From positions 1,050,001-1,082,000 of the forward strand of contig NC_002677.1 in assembly GCF_000195855.1 (NCBI RefSeq): a stretch of DNA of 32,000 nucleotides, read 5' to 3'. The DNA is from Mycobacterium leprae TN (GTDB lineage: Bacteria > Actinomycetota > Actinomycetes > Mycobacteriales > Mycobacteriaceae). Of this stretch, positions 8,705-20,934 are shown in pieces; the stretch's first letter is position 1, and every line of letters starts with the position of its first letter. The position numbers were made by a program, and so were the translations under genes. Below the pieces are notes generated by a model. That model was given only the letters and a program-made list of their open reading frames with translations, was not told the DNA's origin and made no database searches.

Positions 8705-9991
8705 TCAGCTGGCAGTCGACACCGGCGTCAGCAGCGTCTGTGTTGCCGAATCCTGCGACGTCACGCGGGTAGTCACGGTAAGCCCAGTAGCAACAATGAC
8801 TGCCAACGCCCACCACACATAGGACATCCCGGCAAGTTGGCGCCACCACACCGCGGTTGTCTCCTGATGTTGCGGAAGCAGGCCGATGGGTGTCCATCTC
8901 ATCAGCGCCACTCCGGCGGCGCTGATCACCGCCACAGCCACGTTCTGCCGTCGCCAGCTCAAGATTCCTGTTACCAGCACTGCCGGCAGCATCCATACCC
9001 AGTGGTGGGACCACGACACTGGCGAAACCACCAACCCAAACAAGGCGACGCAGATTACCGCCAGCATTGGCTCGCCAGCTCGCAATACCCGTAACATCGC
9101 CCATGCGGTTGCGGCCAGCACGAGCAAGCAACCGGCCGCCCAGAGCAGGAAGCGCTCGTGCTCCCCAAGCCCGAGCCTAGCGAGGGCACCCGCGATGTTC
9201 TGGTCGGTGTTTAATGCCGCGGCACCGATCCGTTCGGTGTTGTGTACGGTGTGAGTCCAGTATTCCCATGAATCCCGCCACGCTAGCACGAAACCAACCA
9301 GCGTCGCGCCTGCGAAGGATGCCCAAGACGTCAGTGCCGCGCGGTTGTCGCGGCGCAGCACGAAGTAGAGCAGGAATACCGCTGGAGTGAGTTTCAGGGC
9401 GATGCCCAACCCCAGCATCAGCCCGCGTGGCCATGGCGTGCGCCGTGGCACGCAGTCAGCGATCACTAGAGTCATCAGCACGACGTTTATCTGGCCGAAG
9501 GCGAAGTTCGAACTGATTGGCTCTAACCAGATCGCTGCCGGAGAGACGATGATCACTGCCAACCACAACCGGCGCAGCCAGGCCGGCCCGGGCACCGCTC
9601 GCGACATGGCCCACACGTCCAGGCGGGTCAGTACGATTATCGTCGAGACGATTAGCAACATCAACGTTGTCAGCGTGATTGCCACGCTGGCGGCCGGCAT
9701 GTGTAACCAGGCGAACGGGCAGAACGCGATGGCGGCCAACGGGGGGTAGGTGAACGGCAAATTCAGCCCGATGGGTGTGTGGAATAACACATCACCGCTG
9801 TACAGCGGGCGCCCGTCTAGCCAAGCCTGACCGCCCATCTGATAGATGTCAATATCGATGCGGTATGGAGTGTGCCCCAGCAATTGCCAGGCCACTTGTC
9901 CCAGTGCTGTCACAGCTAGCAACCAAAGTAGGCAGCAGCGCCCTATCTGCCTGTGTTTATTGCCCACTTCGGGCGTTTGCTGTCTACTCAT
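8705..9991 (-). CDS. Polytopic GT-C (GT87/DUF2029-type) polyprenol-phosphate-mannose-dependent alpha-(1->2) mannosyltransferase (Rv2181-like)
   Basis: About 10 predicted TM segments throughout. ATG at complement 9991 (MSRQQTPEV...) gives 428 aa, the size I recall for Rv2181. The frame stays open upstream to 10294. Confidence 0.85.
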   Translation of the reverse strand: MSRQQTPEVGNKHRQIGRCCLLWLLAVTALGQVAWQLLGHTPYRIDIDIYQMGGQAWLDGRPLYSGDVLFHTPIGLNLPFTYPPLAAIAFCPFAWLHMPAASVAITLTTLMLLIVSTIIVLTRLDVWAMSRAVPGPAWLRRLWLAVIIVSPAAIWLEPISSNFAFGQINVVLMTLVIADCVPRRTPWPRGLMLGLGIALKLTPAVFLLYFVLRRDNRAALTSWASFAGATLVGFVLAWRDSWEYWTHTVHNTERIGAAALNTDQNIAGALARLGLGEHERFLLWAAGCLLVLAATAWAMLRVLRAGEPMLAVICVALFGLVVSPVSWSHHWVWMLPAVLVTGILSWRRQNVAVAVISAAGVALMRWTPIGLLPQHQETTAVWWRQLAGMSYVWWALAVIVATGLTVTTRVTSQDSATQTLLTPVSTAS

Positions 9992-10435
9992 GCCGCAGAA
10001 CAGCGTAATGGGTGTCGCCCTGCTTGCGGTGTGCCACAGCGTGGCTAACAGCACTGTGGGGGAGTGCTGGTTTGCCTTTTTAGGGTGGTCCACTGGTTCG
10101 TGCCTAGGCTGCTGTGCTGGTTCGCTGATGACATCGTCGACTGTGACCGATTGCCATAACGGTGCTGTCTGCTTGTTTTCATCCTGACGTTTTTCGTTAC
10201 CCAAACTTTCGTGCGCTTGATCCTCTACTGTCAACACGCTGGCTGGCTGCCCAGGTGGTGGCAACCGCGCAATATTCACATCGGGTTGGTGCAATAGTCA
10301 CTGCGTGCCGTTCGGCTCGGTGCTGGTAATTATCTCCGATCTGACACTGGTGACCTTGTATTTCGACGGGAGTTAGTCCGAATTCACCTTGTTCGCAACG
10401 TTATTTGAGATCGCTGCAGCGTCGGTCCGCGGTGC

Positions 10436-10846
10436 GTGCAGATTTACGCCACGGTGGTGGGGCTGCTGATTTTGGGCTTGAACCCGCTGATATTTTTCTG
10501 CCGATGTGCCATGCTGACGACTTAAGTGGTGCTGCGGGTCTAAGTGGTCAGCATACTGACTTTGGCACTACTGCTTGTCGTGGTGGTGTTGTTAAAAGGT
10601 GAAGTGTGGACCGGTCTGCTCGGCGTGCTCATCGCCGTTCTGCTGCTCATTGGCGCTATCCGATTATCGCGCCCACATGCCCCGTGGCGTCTACACTACC
10701 CAGCTGGACAAGATGCGGTGCTCACTGTAGCGGGAACGTACACTGCGCCGCTCGGTGGTGTGTGCCAAGTTGTGGTTGCAGTGCGCGATCGCTGGCACCT
10801 CGTCGCTTCCCGAGGAGCACATCGTCGATTCCCAGCTGGATCTTGA
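10436..10846 (+). pseudogene. Probable decayed membrane-protein gene (positional equivalent of Rv2180c); alternatively a short 100-aa CDS at 10544-10846
   Basis: One reading frame encodes TM-like segments VQIYATVVGLLILGLNPLIFF and VSILTLALLLVVVVLLKGEVWTGLLGVLIAVLLLIGAI. Two in-frame TAA codons (10523-10525, 10541-10543) interrupt it. The remnant is far shorter than the roughly 1 kb gap it sits in. Confidence 0.4.
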
Positions 10847-11007
10847 CGTGCACCCCGTGTCTCCACCCGAGGGCGCATAGTCTGCCTTGGTTGGTGACAG
10901 AATCGGCGGAGTTGTCGGCAAGTTGGGTGCGAAAAGCCGTACGCCCGAATTGTAGAAAGGGGATTGGAACCGGACCCGTATCGCGGGCACCGCGCTCCTC
11001 ACTGCCG

Positions 11008-11523
11008 ATGCGGTATTTTTACGACACTGAATTCATTGAGGACGGCCGCACGATCGAGCTGGTCTCGATCGGGGTGGTCGCCGAGGATGGACGCGAATAT
11101 TACGCTGTGTCAAACGAATTCGATCCCGAGCGGGCTGGTAATTGGGTACGCGTCAATGTACTTTCCAAGTTGCCGCCGCTGGCTTCGCAATTGTGGCGTT
11201 CGCGCAGGCAAATCCGTCTGGATCTGGAGGAATTTTTCGGTGTTGACGGTTCGGAGCCGACCGAACCGATCGAATTGTGGGCCTGGGTGGGCGCCTACGA
11301 CCACGTGGCCTTGTGTCAACTGTGGGGACCGATGCCAGACCTGCCGGAGGCTTTGCCTCGTTTCACTCGAGAAATCCGACAGTTGTGGGAAGACCGGGGT
11401 TGTCCCCGGATGCCGCCGCGACCGCGTGACCTGCACGACGCGCTGGTAGACGCCCGAGACCAGCTGCGCCGATTCCGGATTATCATGTCCGCAGACGATG
11501 TAGGAAGCCTACCGACTCACTGA
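11008..11523 (+). CDS. DEDDh-type 3'-5' exoribonuclease (Rv2179c-like)
   Basis: MRYFYDTEFIEDGRTIELVSIGVV (D-x-E motif), YDHVAL and HDALVDARD (H-x4-D). The 134 codons upstream in the track ORF (10606-11007) are Cys/Arg/Ser-rich and not protein-like. Confidence 0.88.
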   Translation: MRYFYDTEFIEDGRTIELVSIGVVAEDGREYYAVSNEFDPERAGNWVRVNVLSKLPPLASQLWRSRRQIRLDLEEFFGVDGSEPTEPIELWAWVGAYDHVALCQLWGPMPDLPEALPRFTREIRQLWEDRGCPRMPPRPRDLHDALVDARDQLRRFRIIMSADDVGSLPTH

Positions 11524-12975
<1,452 letters not shown>

Positions 12976-12987
12976 GTGCCTTAACGC

Positions 12988-14262
12988 TCACAGCAGTCCG
13001 CTCAGGTGGCTTCCGATTGTCCATGCCACTGTCGCGACCAACCCGGCGATTGCCACCACCACCCCTACCCAAATCAGCACCATCCGGCGGGCGTGCTGTC
13101 GTGCCCAGATGAATTCGCTGATCGCGATACCGGCGAATCGGTCTGGAACCGGTTCGTACTCGTATTCCTCGGGGGAGTCGATATCGGGCCGAGCTGGTCT
13201 TCTTGGCGCTGAGCAGTCCCTTAGTCTGCGTGTAAACTGGCGAGTGGAGTGAGGCATGGGTGCGTTGACGACCGGCTGCACCTGTTGCTCAACGGGCCGC
13301 TCGACCATGTGACCGCGGTGCAGTGCCGCCGATCGGTATTGGGCGGTGTTGCGCGGCGCCGGTACTCGGAATGGCGGCAGCGCCAATTCCTCCGCTATGG
13401 AATCCACTTGAGCGGCCATCTCTATCGCGTCGGCATATCGACCGCTGGGGTCGCGGACCGTCGCGCGTGCCACCAGCTCGTCGAATTGCTGGGGCACACC
13501 GGTAATCACCGTGCTGGCGCGGGGAACATCGATCTCCAGCCGTTGATAGGCGATCGACAGCGCAGAGTCGCCGGTAAACGGTGTGTGCCCGGTCAACAGC
13601 TCGTAGGTCATAATCCCCGCAGAGTAAACATCACTACGGGGACTGGCGTCGCCGTCGCGGACCTGTTCGGGGGACAGGTAGGCCACGGTCCCCAGGATTA
13701 CACTTGTCGAGGTGATTCCAGCGGCTGCGACGGCACGTACCAACCCGAAATCGGCGATCTTGACGTCGCCGTCATCGGAGATCAGGATGTTTTCGGGCTT
13801 GACGTCGCGGTGCACCAGGCCTGCTCGATGGGCAGCGGCCAGGCCGCCCAGCACCGGGCGAAGCACAGCCACGACGGCGTGTGGTGGCATCGGGCCGCGT
13901 TCGGCCAGCAGCTCGCGCAGCGTGCCACCTTCGATGAGTTCCATTACCAGGAATGGGTGACGGGCATCTATGCCCTGGTCGTAGACTGCGACCAGCCCAG
14001 GGTCCTTCAGCCGTGCGACGGAGCGGGCCTCGAGTTGAAAGCGGGTCAGGAGCTGTTCGTCGCCAGTGTAGCGAGAGTCCATCACCTTCACCGCGACGGG
14101 GCGATCGAGCCGGATGTCGACGCCGCGGTACACTGTTGCGGTACCACCGTTGCCGATCTTGGCTTTCAGGAGGTAACGGCCATCGAGCAACGTGCTGTCC
14201 AACGGGTCCTGATGCAGACTGGCACGGCTTGGGGAAGCGCCAGGTAATTCAGTGGCTGCCAC
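12988..14262 (-). CDS. pknL: Hanks-type Ser/Thr protein kinase with a C-terminal membrane anchor
   Basis: G-loop GNGGTATVYRG, VAVKVM, catalytic loop HRDVKPENIL, DFG and SPE motifs. A single TM (MVLIWVGVVVAIAGLVATVAWTI) lies 8 residues from the C-terminus. GTG start at complement 14262. Confidence 0.93.
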   Translation of the reverse strand: MAATELPGASPSRASLHQDPLDSTLLDGRYLLKAKIGNGGTATVYRGVDIRLDRPVAVKVMDSRYTGDEQLLTRFQLEARSVARLKDPGLVAVYDQGIDARHPFLVMELIEGGTLRELLAERGPMPPHAVVAVLRPVLGGLAAAHRAGLVHRDVKPENILISDDGDVKIADFGLVRAVAAAGITSTSVILGTVAYLSPEQVRDGDASPRSDVYSAGIMTYELLTGHTPFTGDSALSIAYQRLEIDVPRASTVITGVPQQFDELVARATVRDPSGRYADAIEMAAQVDSIAEELALPPFRVPAPRNTAQYRSAALHRGHMVERPVEQQVQPVVNAPMPHSTRQFTRRLRDCSAPRRPARPDIDSPEEYEYEPVPDRFAGIAISEFIWARQHARRMVLIWVGVVVAIAGLVATVAWTIGSHLSGLL

Positions 14263-14315
14263 CGGACCATCATAGGTGTGGTAATGGGTATTGAGCGTGA
14301 GAATGTAGGCGCACT

Positions 14316-14747
14316 GTGCGTATCAGCCTCTACACTTGCGCGGTGGGCAGTATTCCAGCGGGCGACGACGTTTTGGATCCCGACGAGCCAACATACGACC
14401 TGACTCAGGTCGCCGAGCTACTCGGCATACCGGTCAGCAGGGTGCACCGAAAGCTGTGCGAAGGCTATCTGGTTGCGGTGCGACGTGGCGATAGCCTGGT
14501 AGTGCCGCAGATCTTTTTCACCAATTCTGGTGCGGTGGTGAAAAGCCTGCCTGGTCTATTGACGATCCTGCATGATGGCAGTTTTCATGAAACTGAAATT
14601 GTGCGTTGGTTATTCACTCCAGATCCGTCGCTTACCCTCACTCGCGACGGCAGTCGGGATGTAGTTAGCAACGCCCGTCCTGTTGACGCGTTGCATACCC
14701 ATCAGGCTCGGGAAGTAGTGCGCCGAGCGCAGGCTATGGCGTATTAA
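14316..14747 (+). CDS. Winged-HTH DNA-binding protein (Rv2175c-like), divergent from pknL
   Basis: 143-aa ORF. The HTH-like segment is YDLTQVAELLGIPVSRVHRKLCEGYLVAVRRG and the conserved C-terminus is HTHQAREVVRRAQAMAY. It lies 53 bp from the pknL start on the opposite strand. Confidence 0.85.
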   Translation: MRISLYTCAVGSIPAGDDVLDPDEPTYDLTQVAELLGIPVSRVHRKLCEGYLVAVRRGDSLVVPQIFFTNSGAVVKSLPGLLTILHDGSFHETEIVRWLFTPDPSLTLTRDGSRDVVSNARPVDALHTHQAREVVRRAQAMAY

Positions 14748-16261
14748 GCGGTGTCTGTCTCGGGCGCCTTATAGAGCGCGTGCCAGGCTATCAGTGCGCA
14801 GGTTGTGGCTAGTGAAAAATGCAGCCATGAATACATGCCGTGCGATCCGTCGGGTTTGAAAATTACCATGATCCAGGACGAAAACCCTGCGATGGTCGCC
14901 AGCGCTTGCCGTGACTGGGCTAACGGCGCCGCTACCGCCAGTGGCCAGGAGTAATACCATGGCAGAGCAGCGGGAACAAACAACACCACAATTAGCATTG
15001 ACCACGCGATACCGGTCAGCGCGGATCGGTCGTCGCGCCGGTATCGCCACCACAACAGCGGCAGGGATACCGCGATGATTACGATTCCGATGAACCGGGT
15101 CATCCGCAGTACGCCGTAGAAGTCGGTCGCGAAGAAACCGTTAGCCAGAACGTTGACCAAGTTCGCTATTGCGGTCGGTACGGTCAGCCAGTTTATGATT
15201 TTCACCGATCCGGCCAGCGCGGTCATCCACCCTAGGCCTACACTGGCCGCAGTGGACAACACTGCGAACACGGTAGCGAAGATTAACAGTGCTGTCGCAG
15301 TGGCCGCCAAGAAAGCCTGGACTGGTCGGTATCCTCGCCGGTTATGCAGCTGGCGCATCCACACCCAGACCATGAAGGGCAACGAGATTCCAGCGGTCGC
15401 TTTGACTGCGATCGCGACCGTTATGAGGGCGGTACCCGCGACATTGCGGCCCTGGAAGGTCAGCGCGACGCCGGCGGTCATCAGGCCCACCATCAGCATC
15501 TCGTTGTGAACCCCGCCCATCAGATGGATGAGCACCAGCGGGTTGAGCACGCAGGTCCACAGCGCGGTTGTGCCGTCGGCGCCGAAATGTTGGGCCAGTC
15601 GAGGGGTAGCCCAGATCAACAGTGCCAATCCGGGCAGCATGCATAAGCGCAGCAGCATGGTTCCGGTCACCACGTTGTTGCCCACTGCGAGCGTGACGAA
15701 CTTCGCAACCAGAATGAATGCTGGACCGTAGGGTGCGGTGGTGATCGTCCAAATGGGACTTACGTTGTCCAGCAAAGCATTCGGGTTGCCTACTGGACCA
15801 ACCAGGTAGGGATCCAGGCCATCGCGCAACAGTGCGCCCTGAGCGAGATAAGAGTAGGTATCCCGGCTGAAGACCGGTACCGACAGCAGCAACGGCGTCA
15901 ACCAGAAGCCGATGGTGGCCCGCATCATGAACTCGGTGGCTTGGCCTGCTAGAACACGTCGACCCAGTCGTAACCAAGCAATGAGCATCAGGCTCACTCC
16001 CGTCCACAACAGAATCGACGATAGCACCAGTCCGTGGCCGAAGCGCAGCCAGGACATGCAAATCAACTCGAGCAGTGGGTCGTGCTGGCGGATGCTTCCT
16101 GCCCCCAACCCGCCCGTGGTGATCAGCAGCGAACCTAGCAACCCAAGCTTTGCGGGTCCGGACTCCGGGCTGGCGGCGAACATACGAAGCTGTGAAAAAT
16201 ATTGATGGATATATCGTTTTGTCGGCGAGTTTGCTTCCGGTAGGTGCGTAGGAGTGGTCAT
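14744..16261 (-). CDS. mptA: GT-C polyprenol-phosphate-mannose-dependent alpha-(1->6) mannosyltransferase of LM/LAM synthesis
   Basis: 505-aa polytopic membrane protein with an ATG start. The N-terminus MTTPTHLPE...GSIRQHDPLLELICMSWLRFGHGLVLSSILLW matches my memory of Rv2174. Confidence 0.9.
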   Translation of the reverse strand: MTTPTHLPEANSPTKRYIHQYFSQLRMFAASPESGPAKLGLLGSLLITTGGLGAGSIRQHDPLLELICMSWLRFGHGLVLSSILLWTGVSLMLIAWLRLGRRVLAGQATEFMMRATIGFWLTPLLLSVPVFSRDTYSYLAQGALLRDGLDPYLVGPVGNPNALLDNVSPIWTITTAPYGPAFILVAKFVTLAVGNNVVTGTMLLRLCMLPGLALLIWATPRLAQHFGADGTTALWTCVLNPLVLIHLMGGVHNEMLMVGLMTAGVALTFQGRNVAGTALITVAIAVKATAGISLPFMVWVWMRQLHNRRGYRPVQAFLAATATALLIFATVFAVLSTAASVGLGWMTALAGSVKIINWLTVPTAIANLVNVLANGFFATDFYGVLRMTRFIGIVIIAVSLPLLWWRYRRDDRSALTGIAWSMLIVVLFVPAALPWYYSWPLAVAAPLAQSRQALATIAGFSSWIMVIFKPDGSHGMYSWLHFSLATTCALIAWHALYKAPETDTA

Positions 16262-16274
16262 CGGTTCAAGCGCA

Positions 16275-17414
<1,140 letters not shown>

Positions 17415-17599
17415 TGGCGCCGTGGATGTTTTCGTGTGGCTCGGGCGGTAGCAATTAGCCGTGGTTGCCCACGTTGCTTCGACGTATTCCCTAGCTCGCG
17501 CCTATGCTGTTCGGAGGGACCTGCGTTAGCTGGCGCGGTCTGGTCCAGCACGATAGGTTGGCGCACCGGAACATAGTCATTCGATACCTGAGGAGCCGT

Positions 17600-18514
17600 G
17601 TGACCCTCAACACCATCGCGCTTGAGTTGGTGCCACCGAACCTGGACGCCGGTCAGGAGCGGGCAGTCGAAGATGCGTGCAAGGTGGTCCAATACTCCGC
17701 CGAATCCGGCCTTAGCGGCCGGATTCGGCACGTGATGATTCCGGGGATGATCGTCGAGGAAGACGATCGTCCCATTCCGATGAAGCCAAAGCTGGACGTG
17801 CTCGACTTCTGGTCGATAGTCAGACCGGAGTTGCCCGGGGTCAATGGGCTGTGCACTCAGGTCACAGCGTTCATGGACGAGGCATCGCTGGGTCGGCGGC
17901 TCGCCGATCTATCCGCTGCCGGCATGGAGGGTGTGGTTTTTGTTGGCGTACCGCGCACGATGAATGATGGTGAGGGCTCCGGTGTCGCACCAACCGACGC
18001 CTTGTCGATGTACCGTGAATTGGTGGCTAACCGTGGCGTGATCGTCATCCCCACCAGGGACGGCGAGCAGGATCGGCTGAATTTCAAGTGCAATCAGGGC
18101 GCGACCTACGGCATGACCCAGTTGCTGTATTCCGATGCAATTGTGCGTTTTCTTACCGAGTTCGCCAAGCACACTGACCATCGGCCCGAACTCTTGCTGT
18201 CGTTTGGCTTTGTGCCGAAGGCCGAACGCCGGGTCGGTTTGATCAATTGGCTGATTCAGGACTCGGGAAATGCCGCAGTGGCCGATGAGCAGGAGTTCGT
18301 CAAGCGGTTGGCGGGCAGCGAACCTGCTCAAAAGCGACAGCTCATGCTCGATCTGTACCAGCGCGTGATAGACGGTGTCGCTGAGCTAGGCTTTCCGCTG
18401 AGCATCCATTTCGAAGCGACGTATGGCATGTCCCCAGCGGCTTTCGATACCTTCGCGGAGATGGTTGCCTACTGGCCACCGGTTTGCGTGGGACAGTCGG
18501 GCGAGTCAACTTAA
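17600..18514 (+). CDS. Rv2172c-like protein (reported non-canonical, flavin-independent methylenetetrahydrofolate reductase family)
   Basis: AGGAG (17591-17595) lies 4 nt before GTG 17600 (VTLNTIALELVPPN...). The 304-aa length matches my memory of Rv2172c. The function comes from literature recollection only. Confidence 0.8.
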   Translation: MTLNTIALELVPPNLDAGQERAVEDACKVVQYSAESGLSGRIRHVMIPGMIVEEDDRPIPMKPKLDVLDFWSIVRPELPGVNGLCTQVTAFMDEASLGRRLADLSAAGMEGVVFVGVPRTMNDGEGSGVAPTDALSMYRELVANRGVIVIPTRDGEQDRLNFKCNQGATYGMTQLLYSDAIVRFLTEFAKHTDHRPELLLSFGFVPKAERRVGLINWLIQDSGNAAVADEQEFVKRLAGSEPAQKRQLMLDLYQRVIDGVAELGFPLSIHFEATYGMSPAAFDTFAEMVAYWPPVCVGQSGEST

Positions 18515-19230
18515 CTGGATGAACTGTCGCGCGGTATTTGTAATCGCGCGGAGCTTTTCCGTTCGTTCCAGGCCAACAACACCACCACACTAGCAGCTGA
18601 GAACGAAGCAATACCCAGCCAGACTGCGGCCCCGGTGAAGGAACGGGTATCGGGATCGGTGTAGCGGGCGCGTGCGCTCATGGTGCTAACTACGCCCGGT
18701 TTAAGCTTCCACGCTACGACTTTGGTCTCGATGCGGTCACCGTTGGTGGACGTCACGACTCCGGGGAAGGCGACGGTTAATTCGACGTCGGCGTCGGGAT
18801 CGGTCACCGAGGTCAGATCTGCCCGGCTTTCCAGGATCACCAGGTTGCCGTTGCGGCGCAGCGACAGGGTCACGTCGGTGGTGCTGGAGTTCATGTTGGC
18901 CAGCTGCGGCAATTCGGCGAACGTCAAGTCGGAGAACACTGCTTGTGACCCGACATAGCCGTCGCTATTGTAATTTGACACCGCTATCTTTTGGCTGAAG
19001 GGCAAATTGTCGTTAAGCTGGGGGCCAGCATCATTTTTATTTTTCGGTTTTGCCGCGGCGATGATCTTCCCGGACACTAGGTTATCAGGTGAGATGGTGA
19101 TCGAGGCCGTGACTCGCAGGCATCCGGTAGCCAACGGCACCATTGCCACCAGCAGCAGCGCGATGGTCAGTGTGCGCCGCCGTTGAGCGGTGCATCCTCG
19201 GGTGAACAGCGGGGGAAATCTGGCGCGCAC
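18511..19230 (-). CDS. lppM: Lipoprotein LppM
   Basis: Lipobox LATGC follows a basic/hydrophobic signal (RRRTLTIALLLVAMVPLATGC). There is a C-terminal TM (AAVWLGIASFSAASVVVLLAW). The start is uncertain: I chose GTG at complement 19230, and the ORF is open to 19407, where it would overlap the GNAT gene. Confidence 0.82.
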   Translation of the reverse strand: MRARFPPLFTRGCTAQRRRTLTIALLLVAMVPLATGCLRVTASITISPDNLVSGKIIAAAKPKNKNDAGPQLNDNLPFSQKIAVSNYNSDGYVGSQAVFSDLTFAELPQLANMNSSTTDVTLSLRRNGNLVILESRADLTSVTDPDADVELTVAFPGVVTSTNGDRIETKVVAWKLKPGVVSTMSARARYTDPDTRSFTGAAVWLGIASFSAASVVVLLAWNERKSSARLQIPRDSSSS

Positions 19231-19301
19231 TAGGTCATCGTGCCAGACTCGTTGAATCGCTTTGGCGACCCGTCCGGTGAGCAAGTCGGGGCTCTCAACT
19301 G

Positions 19302-19934
19302 TTACAGCGGAAGGGTGCGACCTAAGATCGCGAATGCCCGTGGATCGCCAGCGAAGTAGTGGCGGCGGATGATGTCCATGAAACCCAGCCGCCGGTATAG
19401 TCGCCAAGCTCGATTGGTTTCACCGTTGGTTTCTGGTGTGGAGAGCAGCACGTTGTTTTCACGGCGATGCGCGAGCAGCCGGCGGGTTAATGCTTCGCCG
19501 ATGCCACGGCCTTGGGTGTGAGGATGAATGTGCAATTCGGTCAACTCGAAATAGCTGTTCATCAGTCGGGCGATTTCAAGTGTTGACAAGCCACTGCGTT
19601 GCAAGCCTTGGACAACTTGTTGTTGCCACCACTGACCTGGTGCACCAGGGTAGCCGTAGGCCACGCCACGCAATGGCGCGTTGTTCAGTTCGTCAGCTGA
19701 TGGCGCCGGATGGGCAGGGCCGTCGGCCATGTCGGCTACGTCTGCTACTTCAATTCTGACTTCGACGGCGGCCACCGCTTGCCAACCCGGTCGCCGGATG
19801 TGCTCCAGCCATATTCCGGCACGCAAATTTTCGGTGTTCCGTGGGTACCGCATCGCGTCGACATAGACTTCCAGGGCCTCGTTGAGGCGCCGTTCCATTT
19901 CGTTTGGCGACAAATTTATGAGGAATATCGCCAA
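19302..19934 (-). CDS. GNAT-family N-acetyltransferase (Rv2170-like)
   Basis: Acetyl-CoA-binding motif HPHTQGRGIGEAL. The TTG start at complement 19934 is preceded by AGGAGG 10 nt upstream. 210 aa. Confidence 0.88.
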   Translation of the reverse strand: MAIFLINLSPNEMERRLNEALEVYVDAMRYPRNTENLRAGIWLEHIRRPGWQAVAAVEVRIEVADVADMADGPAHPAPSADELNNAPLRGVAYGYPGAPGQWWQQQVVQGLQRSGLSTLEIARLMNSYFELTELHIHPHTQGRGIGEALTRRLLAHRRENNVLLSTPETNGETNRAWRLYRRLGFMDIIRRHYFAGDPRAFAILGRTLPL

Positions 19935-20250
19935 CTCGTGGTGTCCTCCTCAATATACAATATGCGATGACCGGGTGAGATGTGTCTATCATTATTATCG
20001 GATGGCATGGCCGTCGACCAACGAATGGGTGTGGCAATATATCGATGATCCCGGCTTGCTTCCGTAAGTAGTTCATGGCCTACGGGGATTCCGGGCCGTG
20101 TCGTCGTGGCGGTGCGGCTTGGATAGAATCGCCTGCGAACCAGTGGTATGGCATAGATTGACCTCGTATCATCGAAAGTTAGTTGCCCACACAACGGACA
20201 TCTGTGTTTTATCGATAGTTACGTGTTAGCCTGCTGGCAGGGAGGGACGA

Positions 20251-20655
20251 ATGCCACTCTCCGATCATGAGCAGCGAATGCTCGATCAGATAGAGAGCGC
20301 TCTCTACGCCGAAGACCCCAAATTCGTGTCGAGTGTACGTGGCGGGGGGTTGCGTGTGCCGACCGCGCGGCGGCGTACGCAAGGCGCGGCGTTGTTCGTC
20401 ATTGGTCTGGGGATGCTGGTTTGCGGGGTTGCATTCAAGGCCACCATGATTGGAAGCTTTCCGATTCTTAGCGTCTTTGGCTTTGTCGTGATGTTTGGTG
20501 GTGTGTTGTTTGCCATTACTGGTTCACGGTTGTCCGGCAGGGAGGACCACCCGGGTTTGGCGCCTGGGACATCGCGTCAGCGTCGTTCGAAGGGCGCGGC
20601 GGGATCGTTCACCAGTCGTATGGAGGATCGGTTCCGGCGCCGCTTCGATGAGTAG
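20251..20655 (+). CDS. DUF3040-family small membrane protein (Rv2169c-like)
   Basis: MPLSDHEQRMLDQIESALYAEDPKF is the typical DUF3040 N-terminus. Two TM segments follow. GGGAGGG lies upstream of the ATG. Confidence 0.88.
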   Translation: MPLSDHEQRMLDQIESALYAEDPKFVSSVRGGGLRVPTARRRTQGAALFVIGLGMLVCGVAFKATMIGSFPILSVFGFVVMFGGVLFAITGSRLSGREDHPGLAPGTSRQRRSKGAAGSFTSRMEDRFRRRFDE

Positions 20656-20685
20656 CGGAACCTCCAGCCGACCTACCCACATATA

Positions 20686-20718
20686 AACGGGCAGCCAGTG
20701 GCTGCCCCGTTATCGTTC
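20686..20718 (+). terminator. Probable intrinsic terminator after the DUF3040 gene
   Basis: AACGGGCAGCC-AGT-GGCTGCCCCGTT forms an 11-bp GC-rich stem with one bulged C. It is followed by TATCGTT and lies 31 nt after the stop codon. Confidence 0.5.
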
Positions 20719-20934
20719 CCCGAGCTCACTGTTAGTCCGATTCGGGAGCATAGTGAGCCGTGAAAGGCACAATCCAAGCTCTACTGGGCCACAACAGGGT
20801 GACTGTCCCGTGTTTAGGGCTTTGAAATGCGTTTTACCGATGTCCCGATTGGGCCGGGAGGTGTCCTCGGGTGCCTCTGGGTCGACCTCGAAGTGGTGAA
20901 TAACCGCGAAAATTCGACCGCGACACTCTGTTGA

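Noticed and set aside
10606-11007. N-terminal 134 codons of the 305-aa ORF that ends as the exoribonuclease
   Set aside because: The sequence is Cys/Arg/Ser-rich and not protein-like. Homologs as I recall them begin at MRYFYDTEF (ATG 11008).
13249-14247. 332-aa ORF on the plus strand
   Set aside because: It is antisense to pknL, whose kinase motifs are unambiguous. It is a typical long shadow ORF in GC-rich DNA.
17415-17599. Possible SAM-type riboswitch upstream of the MTHFR-like gene
   Set aside because: I saw no recognisable SAM-IV or SAM-I core sequences. The spacer is more simply the promoter region plus an AGGAG ribosome-binding site.
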